From Oceanispirochaeta sp. (GTDB taxonomy: Bacteria > Spirochaetota > Spirochaetia > DSM-2461): a DNA stretch of 64,000 nt. Within the stretch, counting starts at the first letter, position 1. The number at the start of each line of letters is the position of its first letter. Positions 1 to 9,825 of the stretch are shown here, piece by piece. The position numbers and the translations under genes were made by a program. Location of the stretch: NCBI GenBank assembly GCA_963666275.2, contig CAXXOA010000002.1:2176001-2240000 (forward strand), given 5' to 3'. Under the pieces are notes generated by a model. It was given only the letters and a program-made list of their open reading frames with translations. It searched no databases and had not been told where the DNA came from.

Positions 1-167
1 TGGTATACGCCGGAGAGAATCTTTATCAGTGTGGATTTTCCTGCACCGTTTTCTCCGATGAGAGCGTGGATTTCACCTGTATTTATAGAGAAACCAACAT
101 TCTGGAGAGCTTTAACACCCGGGAAAAACTTGGATATATTTTTGATTTCGATCAATGTCTGACCCAT
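1..167 (-). CDS. Sugar ABC transporter ATP-binding protein (RbsA/MglA type), 5' part; runs off the window
   Basis: Manual translation [24 protein letters not shown]...[22 protein letters not shown] with Walker A; AGGAGG RBS upstream; not in ORF track. Confidence 0.92.
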   Translation of the reverse strand, partial: MGQTLIEIKNISKFFPGVKALQNVGFSINTGEIHALIGENGAGKSTLIKILSGVY

Positions 168-711
168 GAATTCCTCCTGAATACTGGTTCATTATCAGGG
201 GAGAATTTGATAACCGCCATCCACTAATTGATGCGAATAGTTGTATTTTTTTTAAAATGATGCACTTTATTTTATATTTGATGCATAAAATGTGTATTGT
301 TAAGGACAGTAGTATGGGATTCATACTGAATAAAAGCGAACTTCGGTTACACGGAATACTAAAAGCAAATCAGACAGATATTAATGTATTCACTAAAATT
401 ACTATCGCTGATAAATCTGTATTCCCTGCCTGTATTCTTATCCTTGTTTTATACAGGATCGGTGTTGCTGTTTTCGGGTTTCAATCTAAAGGGATTTATT
501 GTCCGGTTCTCATAAATAAACTTCAGGGAAATCCTTAATAAAATTCAAGAAAATCATTGATTAGGAGGTTTTTCCATATAAGACTGTTAGTATGGACGAA
601 AGATCACGGTTGCAGGATAGTGTTTCAGCCTGATCTTTATGATCCGAAAAATCCGGTATCAGGAACACCTGTTTTCAAAAACAGAGATATCGAATTTCCT
701 GGTAAAAATGA

Positions 712-1926
712 ATGGAGAAATTAAAAGGTTGCAATATGGGTGAAGGAATCGGGACTAATAAACTAAAAGAGGATGAGCTGCGGAAGATCGTAAAAGGTCT
801 CAATGAAGGATCTGATATTAAAAAGGTAAAGAAAGAGTTTGATAAGCTGATCCGGGATATCAGTCCTGAAGAGATTGCCAATGTGGAACAGGCTCTGATC
901 GATGAAGGGGTTCCTGTGGAACATGTTCAGAAACTTTGCGATATTCATGTGCAGGTTTTTGATGATGCTCTGAAAAAACAGGGGAAGACAAAGGTTCTGC
1001 CCGGTCATCCCATTCATACCTACCGACTGGAAAACAGAGAGCTCAGGAGAAAACTGCGAAGTCTCAAACCCGGAAAATCCGATTTCATCTCATATCTGAA
1101 AGATGTGAAACTGATAGAGCTTCACTATATCAGGAAAGAAAATCAGCTTTTTCCCTATCTGGAATCTGTAGGGTTTACAGGCCCGTCCAAGGTCATGTGG
1201 GGAAAGCATGATGAAATCCGAACCCTTTTTCGGGAGATAGAGGAGGATTACAATAAGGGAAATCTGTCCGAAATTAAGAAAAAGACCCGAGCTTTGATAA
1301 AAGCCCTGAAGAATATGATCTTTATGGAAGAGAAAATTCTGTTTCCCACTTCCCTGCGTAAGCTGCCGTCTCAGGCATGGTCCGCTATAAGGAAAGGGGA
1401 AAATGCTATTGGTTACAGCTGGATTGAACCGGGGAACCTATGGGATGCCAATATTGTGAGTGCCCGGAATACGGATGCAGAATCAATCGCTCCTGATTCG
1501 GATACCCGGGGTACCGGCAATGAAAAGATTCCTCTGGATACGGGTTCTCTGACGGCATTTCAGATTAATCTTTTACTCAAAAATCTACCCTTTGACATGA
1601 CCTTTGTGGATGAAAATGACAAGGTTGCCTATTATTCAGAAGGAAAAGAGAGAATTTTTCCCAGGAGTCCCGGGATCATCGGTCGGGATGTTGCTAACTG
1701 TCATCCTCCTAAAAGCGTCCATGTGGTGGAGAAAATAGTGGAAGCTCTGAAAAAAGGGGAGAAGGATCAGGCCGAGTTCTGGATTCAGATGAATGGAAAG
1801 TTTATCCACATCCGCTATTTTCCCCTCTTTGACATGCTGGGAAAATACAGGGGAATCATAGAAGTCAGTCAGGAAATTTCCGGAATCCGTGCCCTTGAAG
1901 GGGAACGGCGCTTGTTGGACTGGTAA
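712..1926 (+). CDS. DUF438 / hemerythrin-like / PAS domain protein (start may be 736)
   Basis: SPEEIANVEQAL, LCDIH, PGHPIHT, HYIRKENQLFP, VMWGKHDEIR, EEKILFP, C-terminal PAS (FVDENDKV, CHPPKS). Confidence 0.88.
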   Translation: MEKLKGCNMGEGIGTNKLKEDELRKIVKGLNEGSDIKKVKKEFDKLIRDISPEEIANVEQALIDEGVPVEHVQKLCDIHVQVFDDALKKQGKTKVLPGHPIHTYRLENRELRRKLRSLKPGKSDFISYLKDVKLIELHYIRKENQLFPYLESVGFTGPSKVMWGKHDEIRTLFREIEEDYNKGNLSEIKKKTRALIKALKNMIFMEEKILFPTSLRKLPSQAWSAIRKGENAIGYSWIEPGNLWDANIVSARNTDAESIAPDSDTRGTGNEKIPLDTGSLTAFQINLLLKNLPFDMTFVDENDKVAYYSEGKERIFPRSPGIIGRDVANCHPPKSVHVVEKIVEALKKGEKDQAEFWIQMNGKFIHIRYFPLFDMLGKYRGIIEVSQEISGIRALEGERRLLDW

Positions 1927-2652
1927 ATGGACTCATACAGAATCTTATCTCTGGTCGATTATATTCAGCTTATTCAGAAAGGGCAGCTGGATAAAACTCT
2001 TTACTCCTATTTTGAACCGGCACTGAAAGAGTGCACACCCTTCGAGGTAAATATTGCTATTGAGAATTTGCTGATTCGATACAAGCATGTGGAGGCGCTT
2101 GAAAAACCGATTGCCCGTTTTATACGCGCTGCTTCTTTAGGACTGGATCAGTATCCTGCTCCAAAGTACGGACAGGATGGTTTATTCCCAATACTCATTC
2201 AAGAGAATCGAGTAGTTCAATCACTGTTAAATGGTTTGAAGAAATCGTTTATGCAGATACTGCCGGAGTTAAAAGAAAATCGAATTTCTGAAAAAGCCCG
2301 GATCAGAAGTGAAATTGATAATCTCGCATCTGTAAAATCCCATTATCTGAAGCTGCAGTACGGATTGTTCTCCGCTCTGGAGTCGGTTGATGCTCCCACT
2401 CAATGTATTAAACTGATTTGGCATTTACAGGATTCTGTCTGGATATACCATAAGGATTGTCTTGAACTGCTATCTGGAAAAGAATGGGATTTTAACAGGT
2501 TCAACAGAGTTTACGGGCAGATGTATTTTCTCCTGGGAACACTTTTATACCGTGAAGAGAAGATCCTTTATCCCGTAGCGGCAGAAGTCCTTTCAGGCTC
2601 AATCCAGACTTCTCTTGTGGAAGAAACCGAGTCCTATGGGATTCTGAGTTGA
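1927..2652 (+). CDS. DUF438/hemerythrin-like paralog without PAS domain
   Basis: Abuts upstream gene; TPFEVNIAIENL, HYLKLQYGLF, IWHLQD, EEKILYP echo the upstream motifs. Confidence 0.65.
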   Translation: MDSYRILSLVDYIQLIQKGQLDKTLYSYFEPALKECTPFEVNIAIENLLIRYKHVEALEKPIARFIRAASLGLDQYPAPKYGQDGLFPILIQENRVVQSLLNGLKKSFMQILPELKENRISEKARIRSEIDNLASVKSHYLKLQYGLFSALESVDAPTQCIKLIWHLQDSVWIYHKDCLELLSGKEWDFNRFNRVYGQMYFLLGTLLYREEKILYPVAAEVLSGSIQTSLVEETESYGILS

Positions 2653-2764
2653 CCGGGTACCAGGCATAAGTTTCAAGTTACAAAACCAGTGACCTGGAAA
2701 ATTCCTATCGGGGAAATGGAAACAATAAAGTTTACAAATATTGTAATATTAAAGAGCTTTATTA

Positions 2765-2820
2765 TTGACTATCATATAAGTAGGAAATATAATGTTTATA
2801 TAGGGTAGGGGGGTATAGTA
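2765..2820 (+). promoter_or_regulatory. Sigma70 promoter followed by G-tract CsoR-like operator
   Basis: TTGACT(2765)-17 bp-TATAAT(2788); ATATAGGGTAGGGGGGTATAGTA at 2798-2820. Confidence 0.65.
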
Positions 2821-2866
2821 TCCCAGCCTGCGTAGAAATTCTATGAGAGGTCCCGGAGGATCAGTT

Positions 2867-3004
2867 ATGAAAAGAATTAAAATAAATTTAAAGAAAAAAT
2901 GGATGAACTATCTTAATAAGCTGGCAAAAGTTAACAGTGATCTCTACGGCTCTGAAAAACTGGATTGCTGCGGTCTCGATAAAAGAGTGAAAAAATCGAA
3001 ATAA
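2867..3004 (+). CDS. Small LDCC-motif putative metal-binding protein (45 aa)
   Basis: MKRIKINLKKKWMNYLNKLAKVNSDLYGSEKLDCCGLDKRVKKSK; GGAGGA RBS at 2855-2860; own promoter. Confidence 0.8.
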   Translation: MKRIKINLKKKWMNYLNKLAKVNSDLYGSEKLDCCGLDKRVKKSK

Positions 3005-3635
3005 TGTATTTTTTATTTATATTTAAATCCTATTTAAATGGTAGTGTAAAAGTAGGGTTAAATTAGATACTGCCGCAATGGCTGTTTCAAAAGTCTAAAA
3101 ATAAACTTGCAGAACCCGCGGCATTACAATAAATTAGTCAAAAAGGAGCTTTCTTCCAGAAACATTCCCTTTCGTAGAGACTCCCGTAGACATTGATGCC
3201 CGGGGGAATCTGGTTTTCCTTACAGACAGACTTTCCGTTCCAGAGGACGGCGTGGAAATCATTGTGGTTCAGAAGGATCTTTCCTATCAGAAATTTTCCA
3301 TTTGTAATCTGGTCCTAAATGGGAATCTTCATCCGGGAGTATCGTAACTTACTGAATATAACTCAACAGGCACACAATGAGAACAATATCCCCTGCCTGT
3401 CGGTCCGGAGAAATAGATACAATCAGTTGAAAATCCTCTGTTCAGGATTTTCTTTCGAATTTCAATCTTCTTCATCATATTCCTCCCGACCAGATTTCCT
3501 ATATTATTCATGAGAAATGGGCCGTTCTTTTTGATGAAGAAGGGCAATCTGCTGTTATTCATGATCCAAACAATTCCCCATTCTCTGACATATCCCATCA
3601 GACAGTTTGCTCAGTATATTTTATCCATCCGGATA

Positions 3636-4325
3636 TTAATTTTCGCCAATAAGATCTCCAGGACAGTTGGAAAATACACCATCCACACCCCAGGTAGTGA
3701 GACGAGCCAGATCATCCCGGCGGTCCACTGTGTATATAAAAACCTTGTAACCTCTTTGATGAGCATCACTAATCATTTTTTCATTGATGAATTCAATATT
3801 ATAATGAAGGGACCATGGTTCCAGAGCTGTGGCAAAACCTCCCAGATCCAGGGGGATTCCCCCATTGAGTGCGCCTCTTCTGAATTGGGGTTTCAGCTCT
3901 TTGAATACCATCAGTTCGGGCAGATCAAAAGACGATATAAGAGTATTTTCAGCCAGCCAGGGAAAGTCCTGAAGACTATCATCAATAAATCGGCTCAAGG
4001 CATGGGCGGTTCCCCGGCCTTTCAGTTCAATATTAATCGGTATTCCGTTCTGAATAAGAGTCAGTACCTCCGAAAGGGTCGGTATCTGCTCTCCTTCTCC
4101 CGCATCCAGTTGCTTCAATTCCTCCAGGGTCATTTCCTCCACCAGTCCATCCCCGTTGGTTGTCCGGTTGACTCTGTCGTCATGGATGACTACCAGTTCA
4201 CCGGAACAGCATCGGTATATATCCAGCTCCAGCATATCGGCATTCTGTTCAATGGCCAGTTTAAATGAGCTCAGGGTGTTTTCCGGTTTATAGTCCGGAG
4301 CGCCCCGATGTCCTGCAATAATCAT
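3636..4325 (-). CDS. Glycerophosphodiester phosphodiesterase (GDPD)
   Basis: IAGHRGA, PENTL, LELDI, VIHD, NIELK, VFIYTVD, GVDGVFSN. Confidence 0.93.
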   Translation of the reverse strand: MIIAGHRGAPDYKPENTLSSFKLAIEQNADMLELDIYRCCSGELVVIHDDRVNRTTNGDGLVEEMTLEELKQLDAGEGEQIPTLSEVLTLIQNGIPINIELKGRGTAHALSRFIDDSLQDFPWLAENTLISSFDLPELMVFKELKPQFRRGALNGGIPLDLGGFATALEPWSLHYNIEFINEKMISDAHQRGYKVFIYTVDRRDDLARLTTWGVDGVFSNCPGDLIGEN

Positions 4326-4339
4326 ATTTTCCTCGAATT

Positions 4340-5344
4340 CTATTTTGTGGATTTGCGTTCAATTATAACTGTCGGAACCCTTATCGTTACTGGATGGCTT
4401 TCCGGTTCCTCCATCAGTTGAATCAGGCGCGCGGCGGCGAGCCGTCCCATCTCTTTTATATGGACCTGGGCTGTCGTCAGAGGCGGGTAGTTATGTTCTG
4501 CCCAGGGTATATCATCAAATCCTGTTATTCCTACCTCCTCGGGAATGGAAAGGCCCTCATTTCTGACAGCTTTGCAGAACCCGATGGCCATGGCATCGTT
4601 TACAGCTGCAACTCCCATAGGATCTTTGTATTTTCCTTTTATCTGACTGAAAGCCTCTTCTCCTGTTTCCACAGTGGTTTCGGTCAGAGTCACCACCTCC
4701 GGAGTCATTCCCGCTTCCTGTATGGCCATTTTATACCCGGCCAGTCTTTCCTTATTGTTGTACCAGTCCTCCGGTCCTGTTATATGGATAATGTGAGGAT
4801 ACCCTTTCTTAATAAGGAGATTTGTAAGGTTGTAGGATGATTCTCTATCCTCACAGACAACACTGTCCAGTACAGTTTCCTGCAGTTTATTTTCAAGCAG
4901 AACTATCGGGATCCCGGCTTTCCGGAAAGAAAGAATTGTTTTGGCGGGGATACTCTGGCCGCGTATGATCAGCCCGGCAAAATCATTCTCTCCCAGGGGG
5001 CTTCCTTTGATTATTTCGCTCAGTGATATGGTTTCATCTTCAAACAGCCCCAGATTTATGCACTGGTAGCCATGCTTCTGAAAGTACTCCTCAAATCTGT
5101 CTATGGAGTGGTGAAAATAGATCTGATCCTGTTGTCCGCCTCTCCTTCGACCCAGAATGCCAATGAATCGGGCTCGGGGATTTGCCAGGTTGCTGGCATT
5201 ATAGTTCTGCTGAAAATCCGTATCTTTAACTGCATCCAGAACCATTTGTCTGGTTTTTTCACTGATTCCCGGTTTGTCGTTCAAAACCCGTGACACGGTA
5301 GAAGGGGATATCTGGAGTTTTTCAGCCAGCTCTTTTAAATTCAT
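4340..5344 (-). CDS. LacI family transcriptional regulator
   Basis: N-terminal HTH LKELAEKLQISPSTVSRVLN; NDAMAIG, ITGFDD, PPLTT. Confidence 0.95.
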   Translation of the reverse strand: MNLKELAEKLQISPSTVSRVLNDKPGISEKTRQMVLDAVKDTDFQQNYNASNLANPRARFIGILGRRRGGQQDQIYFHHSIDRFEEYFQKHGYQCINLGLFEDETISLSEIIKGSPLGENDFAGLIIRGQSIPAKTILSFRKAGIPIVLLENKLQETVLDSVVCEDRESSYNLTNLLIKKGYPHIIHITGPEDWYNNKERLAGYKMAIQEAGMTPEVVTLTETTVETGEEAFSQIKGKYKDPMGVAAVNDAMAIGFCKAVRNEGLSIPEEVGITGFDDIPWAEHNYPPLTTAQVHIKEMGRLAAARLIQLMEEPESHPVTIRVPTVIIERKSTK

Positions 5345-5391
5345 CGAATCCTCTCTCGTTTAAAGGTTTATTTCATTATATCAGAAAATCC

Positions 5392-5437
5392 TTGACAGTA
5401 GTTTAACTCCGGTGCAATACTTATGCAAGCGATTTCG
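5392..5437 (+). promoter_or_regulatory. Promoter with LacI-type operator for the ABC operon
   Basis: TTGACA at 5392; TGCAAGCGATTTCG (5424-5437) fits the tGnAAnCGnTTnC LacI pattern; divergent from LacI gene. Confidence 0.55.
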
Positions 5438-5464
5438 AAAAAATTGCACTAAAAGGAGGACTTT

Positions 5465-6853
5465 ATGAAAAAAGGGATTTTATTCTTTTCTCTCATGCTT
5501 TGCATTTCTGCGGCCTTATCTGCCGGAGGAGCTCAGGAAGCAGAAACAGGTCCACGGACTGTTACCATAGATGTATGGACCAGGGAGGGTGGGGTGAACC
5601 ACTGGAGAGCTGATCTTGCACTGGAAGCAGCGGAAGAACTGAATGCCCAGCTGAAGAGCGAAGGGTCTCAGATTACTGTGGAAGTGAACCCTGTCCATGA
5701 TGAAGGGGACTGGGGCGGATTCAAAAAGAAATATTCACTGGCCGCCGATGCCGGAGAGGCTCCTCTAATTGTCATATCCGGCCATGAGGATATTGCCACA
5801 TGGGGACAGGCAGGATACATCGTTCCCCTGGCCGATACTGTGGCGGAAATCCAGGGAAAAGCTCCCCAGTTTGCCGACATATTTGATTCTCTGTGGAATT
5901 GCTCTTCCTGGAGAGGGCAGGTATGGGGTGTTCCTCAGGATACGGAAGCAAGACCCATGTACTTCAATAAGACAATCCTGGCGCAGATGGGCTGGTCTGA
6001 TAAGGACATTGCAGATCTGCCGGGAAAGATCGCATCAGGGGCTTTCACACTGGATAACATGCTGGATGTGGCTGCGGAAGCTCAGGATAAAGGCCTTGTC
6101 AAGCCCGGTTACGGCTATTGGCATCGTCCCCGGAAGGGTGGTGATTTCGTCCAGTTCTACAGAGCCTACGGCGGTGAAATCTACGATGCCGGTCAGGACA
6201 AACTGATGATTACACGGGATGCCCTTGTGAAGTTCTATGATTTCCAGAGAAGAACTGTCACAACAGGAGTGACTCCGGATAAGTACATCGGAACGGAATG
6301 GAAAATCTGGCATGACGTTGTTTCCAACGGTAAAGCTCTGTTTTTTAACGGTGGAACATGGATGTGGGCCGACTGGGCTAAAAACTATGCTGTGGGCGGG
6401 GAAGACGCTCTTTTTGAAAACATAAGCTATGCCTATGAACCCTCAGGGATAGCAGGACAGAAAGGAACTACCCTTTCCCATCCACTTGTCTACCTTGTGT
6501 CCAGCGAAGATGCTTCGAACTCATCTGATCAGGACCTGGCTCTCAGGCTGATTGCTCTAATGTCAACTACCGAAAGGAATACAAGACATGCTGTTGAAAG
6601 CGGTCATCTGGGGATCCTGAAGTCCCAGACGGATTTTGACGCCTATAAATCCAGTCAGTTCCTGGCAGATGTAACTTATCTGCTGGATAACAACTTCTAT
6701 CAGCCCAATCACGTTCTCTATGGAACCTGGTTTGATATCTTCTGGGATGGAATGGTGTCTGCTGAACAGGGAGAACTCTCTCCTGAAGAGGCAGCGGACG
6801 AAGCCATTACCCTTATGAAACTCGAAATTGAAGATCAGCTGATTGTAAAATAA
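5465..6853 (+). CDS. CUT1 ABC solute-binding protein, InoE-like (inositol-phosphate/glycerophosphodiester)
   Basis: Signal peptide; SGHEDIATW, WGVPQDTEARP, HRPRKG motifs recalled from Thermotoga InoE-type proteins. Confidence 0.85.
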   Translation: MKKGILFFSLMLCISAALSAGGAQEAETGPRTVTIDVWTREGGVNHWRADLALEAAEELNAQLKSEGSQITVEVNPVHDEGDWGGFKKKYSLAADAGEAPLIVISGHEDIATWGQAGYIVPLADTVAEIQGKAPQFADIFDSLWNCSSWRGQVWGVPQDTEARPMYFNKTILAQMGWSDKDIADLPGKIASGAFTLDNMLDVAAEAQDKGLVKPGYGYWHRPRKGGDFVQFYRAYGGEIYDAGQDKLMITRDALVKFYDFQRRTVTTGVTPDKYIGTEWKIWHDVVSNGKALFFNGGTWMWADWAKNYAVGGEDALFENISYAYEPSGIAGQKGTTLSHPLVYLVSSEDASNSSDQDLALRLIALMSTTERNTRHAVESGHLGILKSQTDFDAYKSSQFLADVTYLLDNNFYQPNHVLYGTWFDIFWDGMVSAEQGELSPEEAADEAITLMKLEIEDQLIVK

Positions 6854-6907
6854 ATCTTTTGGCAGAGGGCCCCCGGTCGGGGGCTCCCTTGAATAATAGG
6901 AGATTCA

Positions 6908-7822
6908 ATGAATATCAAAAAGCGGTACCTTACCGGCTACTGGTTTATGCTGCCTGCTGCTCTTTTGGTCATACTCTACTTCTTTATCCCCGTGGTTATG
7001 ACCCTGGGAATCTCTCTGACCGATATGAGTTCCGTTACGGGTTTCAAGCACTGGTCCTGGGTGGGCCTGAAAAATTACGTTAAAATAATGGTGCATCCTG
7101 AAACACCGAATAATTTTCTGGTGACTGTAAAATATGTTGCCTTTACCCTTGTTTTCTTTAATGTGGGACTGGGGCTTCTTGTTGCCATTCTTACACATCA
7201 TCTGCCCAAATGGCTGGGAGGATTCTTCCGGTCTCTGTGGCTTCTTCCGCGAATTACGCCCCCTGTTGTCTATGTTCTTATGTGGTCCATGATGGCGGCA
7301 GATGCTCCCTATGGAGTTATTAATCAGCTGTTCCGGATTCCCTTCGGACTTCCAACAGCAAACTGGGTGCCTGAATATGCCACCCTTTTCATTGTCCTCG
7401 TAAATGGATATATAGGAGCTTCATTCGGTATGATCCTGTTTTCATCGGCCATAGAAGCTCTTCCCAAAGATATAATGGTATCATCTCTTGTGGACGGGGC
7501 ATCCCGTTTTCAGAGGGTCAGGTATATCATACTGCCCCAGCTCAAGTGGCCACTCCTTTTTGTAACCACATACCAGACCCTGTCCCTTCTCACCTCTTTC
7601 GAAAGTATAATGATTCTTACGGATGGAAATTTTAATACAGAAGTCTGGTCTCTCTGGTCCTACCATAAAGCATTGAATAATTATTATGGCAATTTCCAAT
7701 ATGGTTTCGGTGCAGCATTATCTGCTGTTCTTGTTCTGGTCGGCGTTGTTCTGGCCGCAGTCTATCTTAAATACTTCAAGTTCGCTGAGCTGGTGAAAGA
7801 GCCGCTCATCGAGGAACTTTAG
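6908..7822 (+). CDS. Carbohydrate ABC permease 1
   Basis: Multiple TM helices, EAA-like loop SSLVDGASRFQ. Confidence 0.92.
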   Translation: MNIKKRYLTGYWFMLPAALLVILYFFIPVVMTLGISLTDMSSVTGFKHWSWVGLKNYVKIMVHPETPNNFLVTVKYVAFTLVFFNVGLGLLVAILTHHLPKWLGGFFRSLWLLPRITPPVVYVLMWSMMAADAPYGVINQLFRIPFGLPTANWVPEYATLFIVLVNGYIGASFGMILFSSAIEALPKDIMVSSLVDGASRFQRVRYIILPQLKWPLLFVTTYQTLSLLTSFESIMILTDGNFNTEVWSLWSYHKALNNYYGNFQYGFGAALSAVLVLVGVVLAAVYLKYFKFAELVKEPLIEEL

Positions 7823-7830
7823 GAGGTCCC

Positions 7831-8700
7831 ATGAAAGAAAAAAGAGACCTTTTCACCCCTCTGGCATTTCTCACAATGCTTATTCTGTCATTGCCTATCA
7901 TCCTGGGCTATCTATGGCTGTTCATATCCACTTTTTCCGAAAGGACATTCGGTTTGAAACCGGTGGATATTAATGGGAATCTGGGCGGTTTTACTCTGAA
8001 AAACTGGTCATTCCTGAAAGAACCGGATATATGGCTAGTGACTTTAAACACATTCCTGCTTTCTGTTTTCATGACTTTAGGGGTTCTTATTGTATCCTCA
8101 ATGGCGGGGTATGCCCTGTCCCGGATCAAATTCAAAGGACGGAAACTGTTCCTTTCCCTGACTTTGATCCTGCATGCCTTTCCCAGTATTACCCTTCTGA
8201 TCGCGATCTATTTTGTATTGAGATTCTTTACAGGGATCCCCCTTCTTAAATCTGTGATGGGATACAATACTCTGGGCGGGGTCGTTCTTGTGAGCCTCTC
8301 TCTTCAGCTGCCCCTGGGGGTCTGGCTGATGAAAGGATTCTTTGACAATGTCTCCTGGGATCTGGAAAGGGCAGCCCTGATTGACGGGTGTTCCCGATGG
8401 CGGACTTTCTGGAACATCATGGTTCCCCAGATAAAGCCGGGATTGGCAGCTCTGTCGATTTTTTCCTTTATGACAGGATGGAGTTCATTCCTCATCCCCT
8501 ATACATTTTTAACCTCATGGAACCGTGCCGTTATTTCCACGTACCTGAATTCGATGATGAACAGTGACTCCCTGTCTATTCAATATGGCGTTCTGGCTGC
8601 TGTGGGGCTGTTTCAGCTTATTCCCATACTCTTTTTCTACAGTTTTACGCAAAAATACCTGATGAAGATTTTCTCCGGCGGATCTCACGGCGGAGTATAG
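7831..8700 (+). CDS. Carbohydrate ABC permease 2
   Basis: TM helices, ERAALIDGCS EAA loop. Confidence 0.92.
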   Translation: MKEKRDLFTPLAFLTMLILSLPIILGYLWLFISTFSERTFGLKPVDINGNLGGFTLKNWSFLKEPDIWLVTLNTFLLSVFMTLGVLIVSSMAGYALSRIKFKGRKLFLSLTLILHAFPSITLLIAIYFVLRFFTGIPLLKSVMGYNTLGGVVLVSLSLQLPLGVWLMKGFFDNVSWDLERAALIDGCSRWRTFWNIMVPQIKPGLAALSIFSFMTGWSSFLIPYTFLTSWNRAVISTYLNSMMNSDSLSIQYGVLAAVGLFQLIPILFFYSFTQKYLMKIFSGGSHGGV

Positions 8701-8710
8701 GAAGGATAAT

Positions 8711-9793
8711 ATGCACATTAAACTTGATAAATTAACAAAGAAATTCGGAAACAACACAGTCGTAGATGAAATATCCCTGGATATTGAAAGTGGTGAGTTC
8801 GTTGCTTTTCTCGGTCCTTCCGGATGTGGAAAAACCACAACACTCCTTATGACCGCAGGGATATATAAACCGGACAGTGGATCCATCCTTTTCGGAGACA
8901 GGGATGTAACAAGGATGCAGCCCAAGGACAGAAACATAGGGATGGTATTCCAGAGTTATGCTCTCTATCCACATATGACAGTATTTGAAAATATTTCCTT
9001 TTCCATGAAATTGAAAAAAGCTTCCATGGCTGAAATGGAAAAGGAAACTGGACGGGTAGCCGAGCTTCTCGGGATTGGGCATCTACTGAAACGTTGCCCA
9101 TCTGAACTCTCAGGCGGGCAGCAGCAGAGGGTCGCCCTGGGGAGGGCTCTCATCAAAAAACCTCAGCTCCTTCTTTTTGATGAACCCCTGTCCAATCTGG
9201 ATGCCCGGCTCAGAATTACCATGCGGAGTGAGATTAAAAGGCTGCAGAAGGAATTGGGCATAACCTGTATCTACGTTACCCACGATCAGATAGAAGCCAT
9301 GACCATGGCGGATAGGGTGGCAGTTATCAAAGACGGTAAGCTTCAGGCATTCAGACCTCCATTGGATCTTCATGACCGCCCGGAAACCCTGTTCATCGGT
9401 CAGTTTGTAGGTAATCCTCCCATGAACCTATGGGAAAGTCAGCTCATTCTGGAAGGAGGGGGAAAAGTTCTGCTCCCCGATGGAAGCTATGCCACTCTGG
9501 GGGCAAACAGATTAACAGCAACTGATCTGTCAAATAAAACAAAAACAATGCTGGGTATACGTCCGGAAGACATTATTCTTGATGCCCAGGGGCCGGGGAA
9601 AGCCGAAGTCATTATGGTGGAACCCCTGGGAAGGGATGATCTGCTCCAGTGCCGGTGGGGTACGCAGGATCTTGTTCTTCTGGCAGATCCCAGAGAAAAA
9701 ATCCGTCCGGGAGAGGAAGTCAGGTTTAAATTCACTCCCGATGCCTGGCAGCTTTTCGATCCGCAGACCGAAAAATCCCTGATCTGGAGTTAA
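8711..9793 (+). CDS. MalK/UgpC-type ABC ATP-binding protein
   Basis: GPSGCGKTT, LSGGQQQR, LLFDEPLSNLD, YVTHDQ. Confidence 0.95.
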   Translation: MHIKLDKLTKKFGNNTVVDEISLDIESGEFVAFLGPSGCGKTTTLLMTAGIYKPDSGSILFGDRDVTRMQPKDRNIGMVFQSYALYPHMTVFENISFSMKLKKASMAEMEKETGRVAELLGIGHLLKRCPSELSGGQQQRVALGRALIKKPQLLLFDEPLSNLDARLRITMRSEIKRLQKELGITCIYVTHDQIEAMTMADRVAVIKDGKLQAFRPPLDLHDRPETLFIGQFVGNPPMNLWESQLILEGGGKVLLPDGSYATLGANRLTATDLSNKTKTMLGIRPEDIILDAQGPGKAEVIMVEPLGRDDLLQCRWGTQDLVLLADPREKIRPGEEVRFKFTPDAWQLFDPQTEKSLIWS

Positions 9794-9798
9794 AATCG

Positions 9799-9825
9799 GC
9801 CCCCTGCATGAATCAGGGGGCTTTT
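9799..9825. terminator. Rho-independent terminator between convergent genes
   Basis: GCCCCCTG-loop-CAGGGGGC followed by TTTT. Confidence 0.7.

Noticed and set aside
3140..3635. Short ORFs 3319-3513, 3329-3598 and an open stretch at 3150-3347
   Set aside because: No recognisable motif or convincing start; may be gene debris but I cannot support a call
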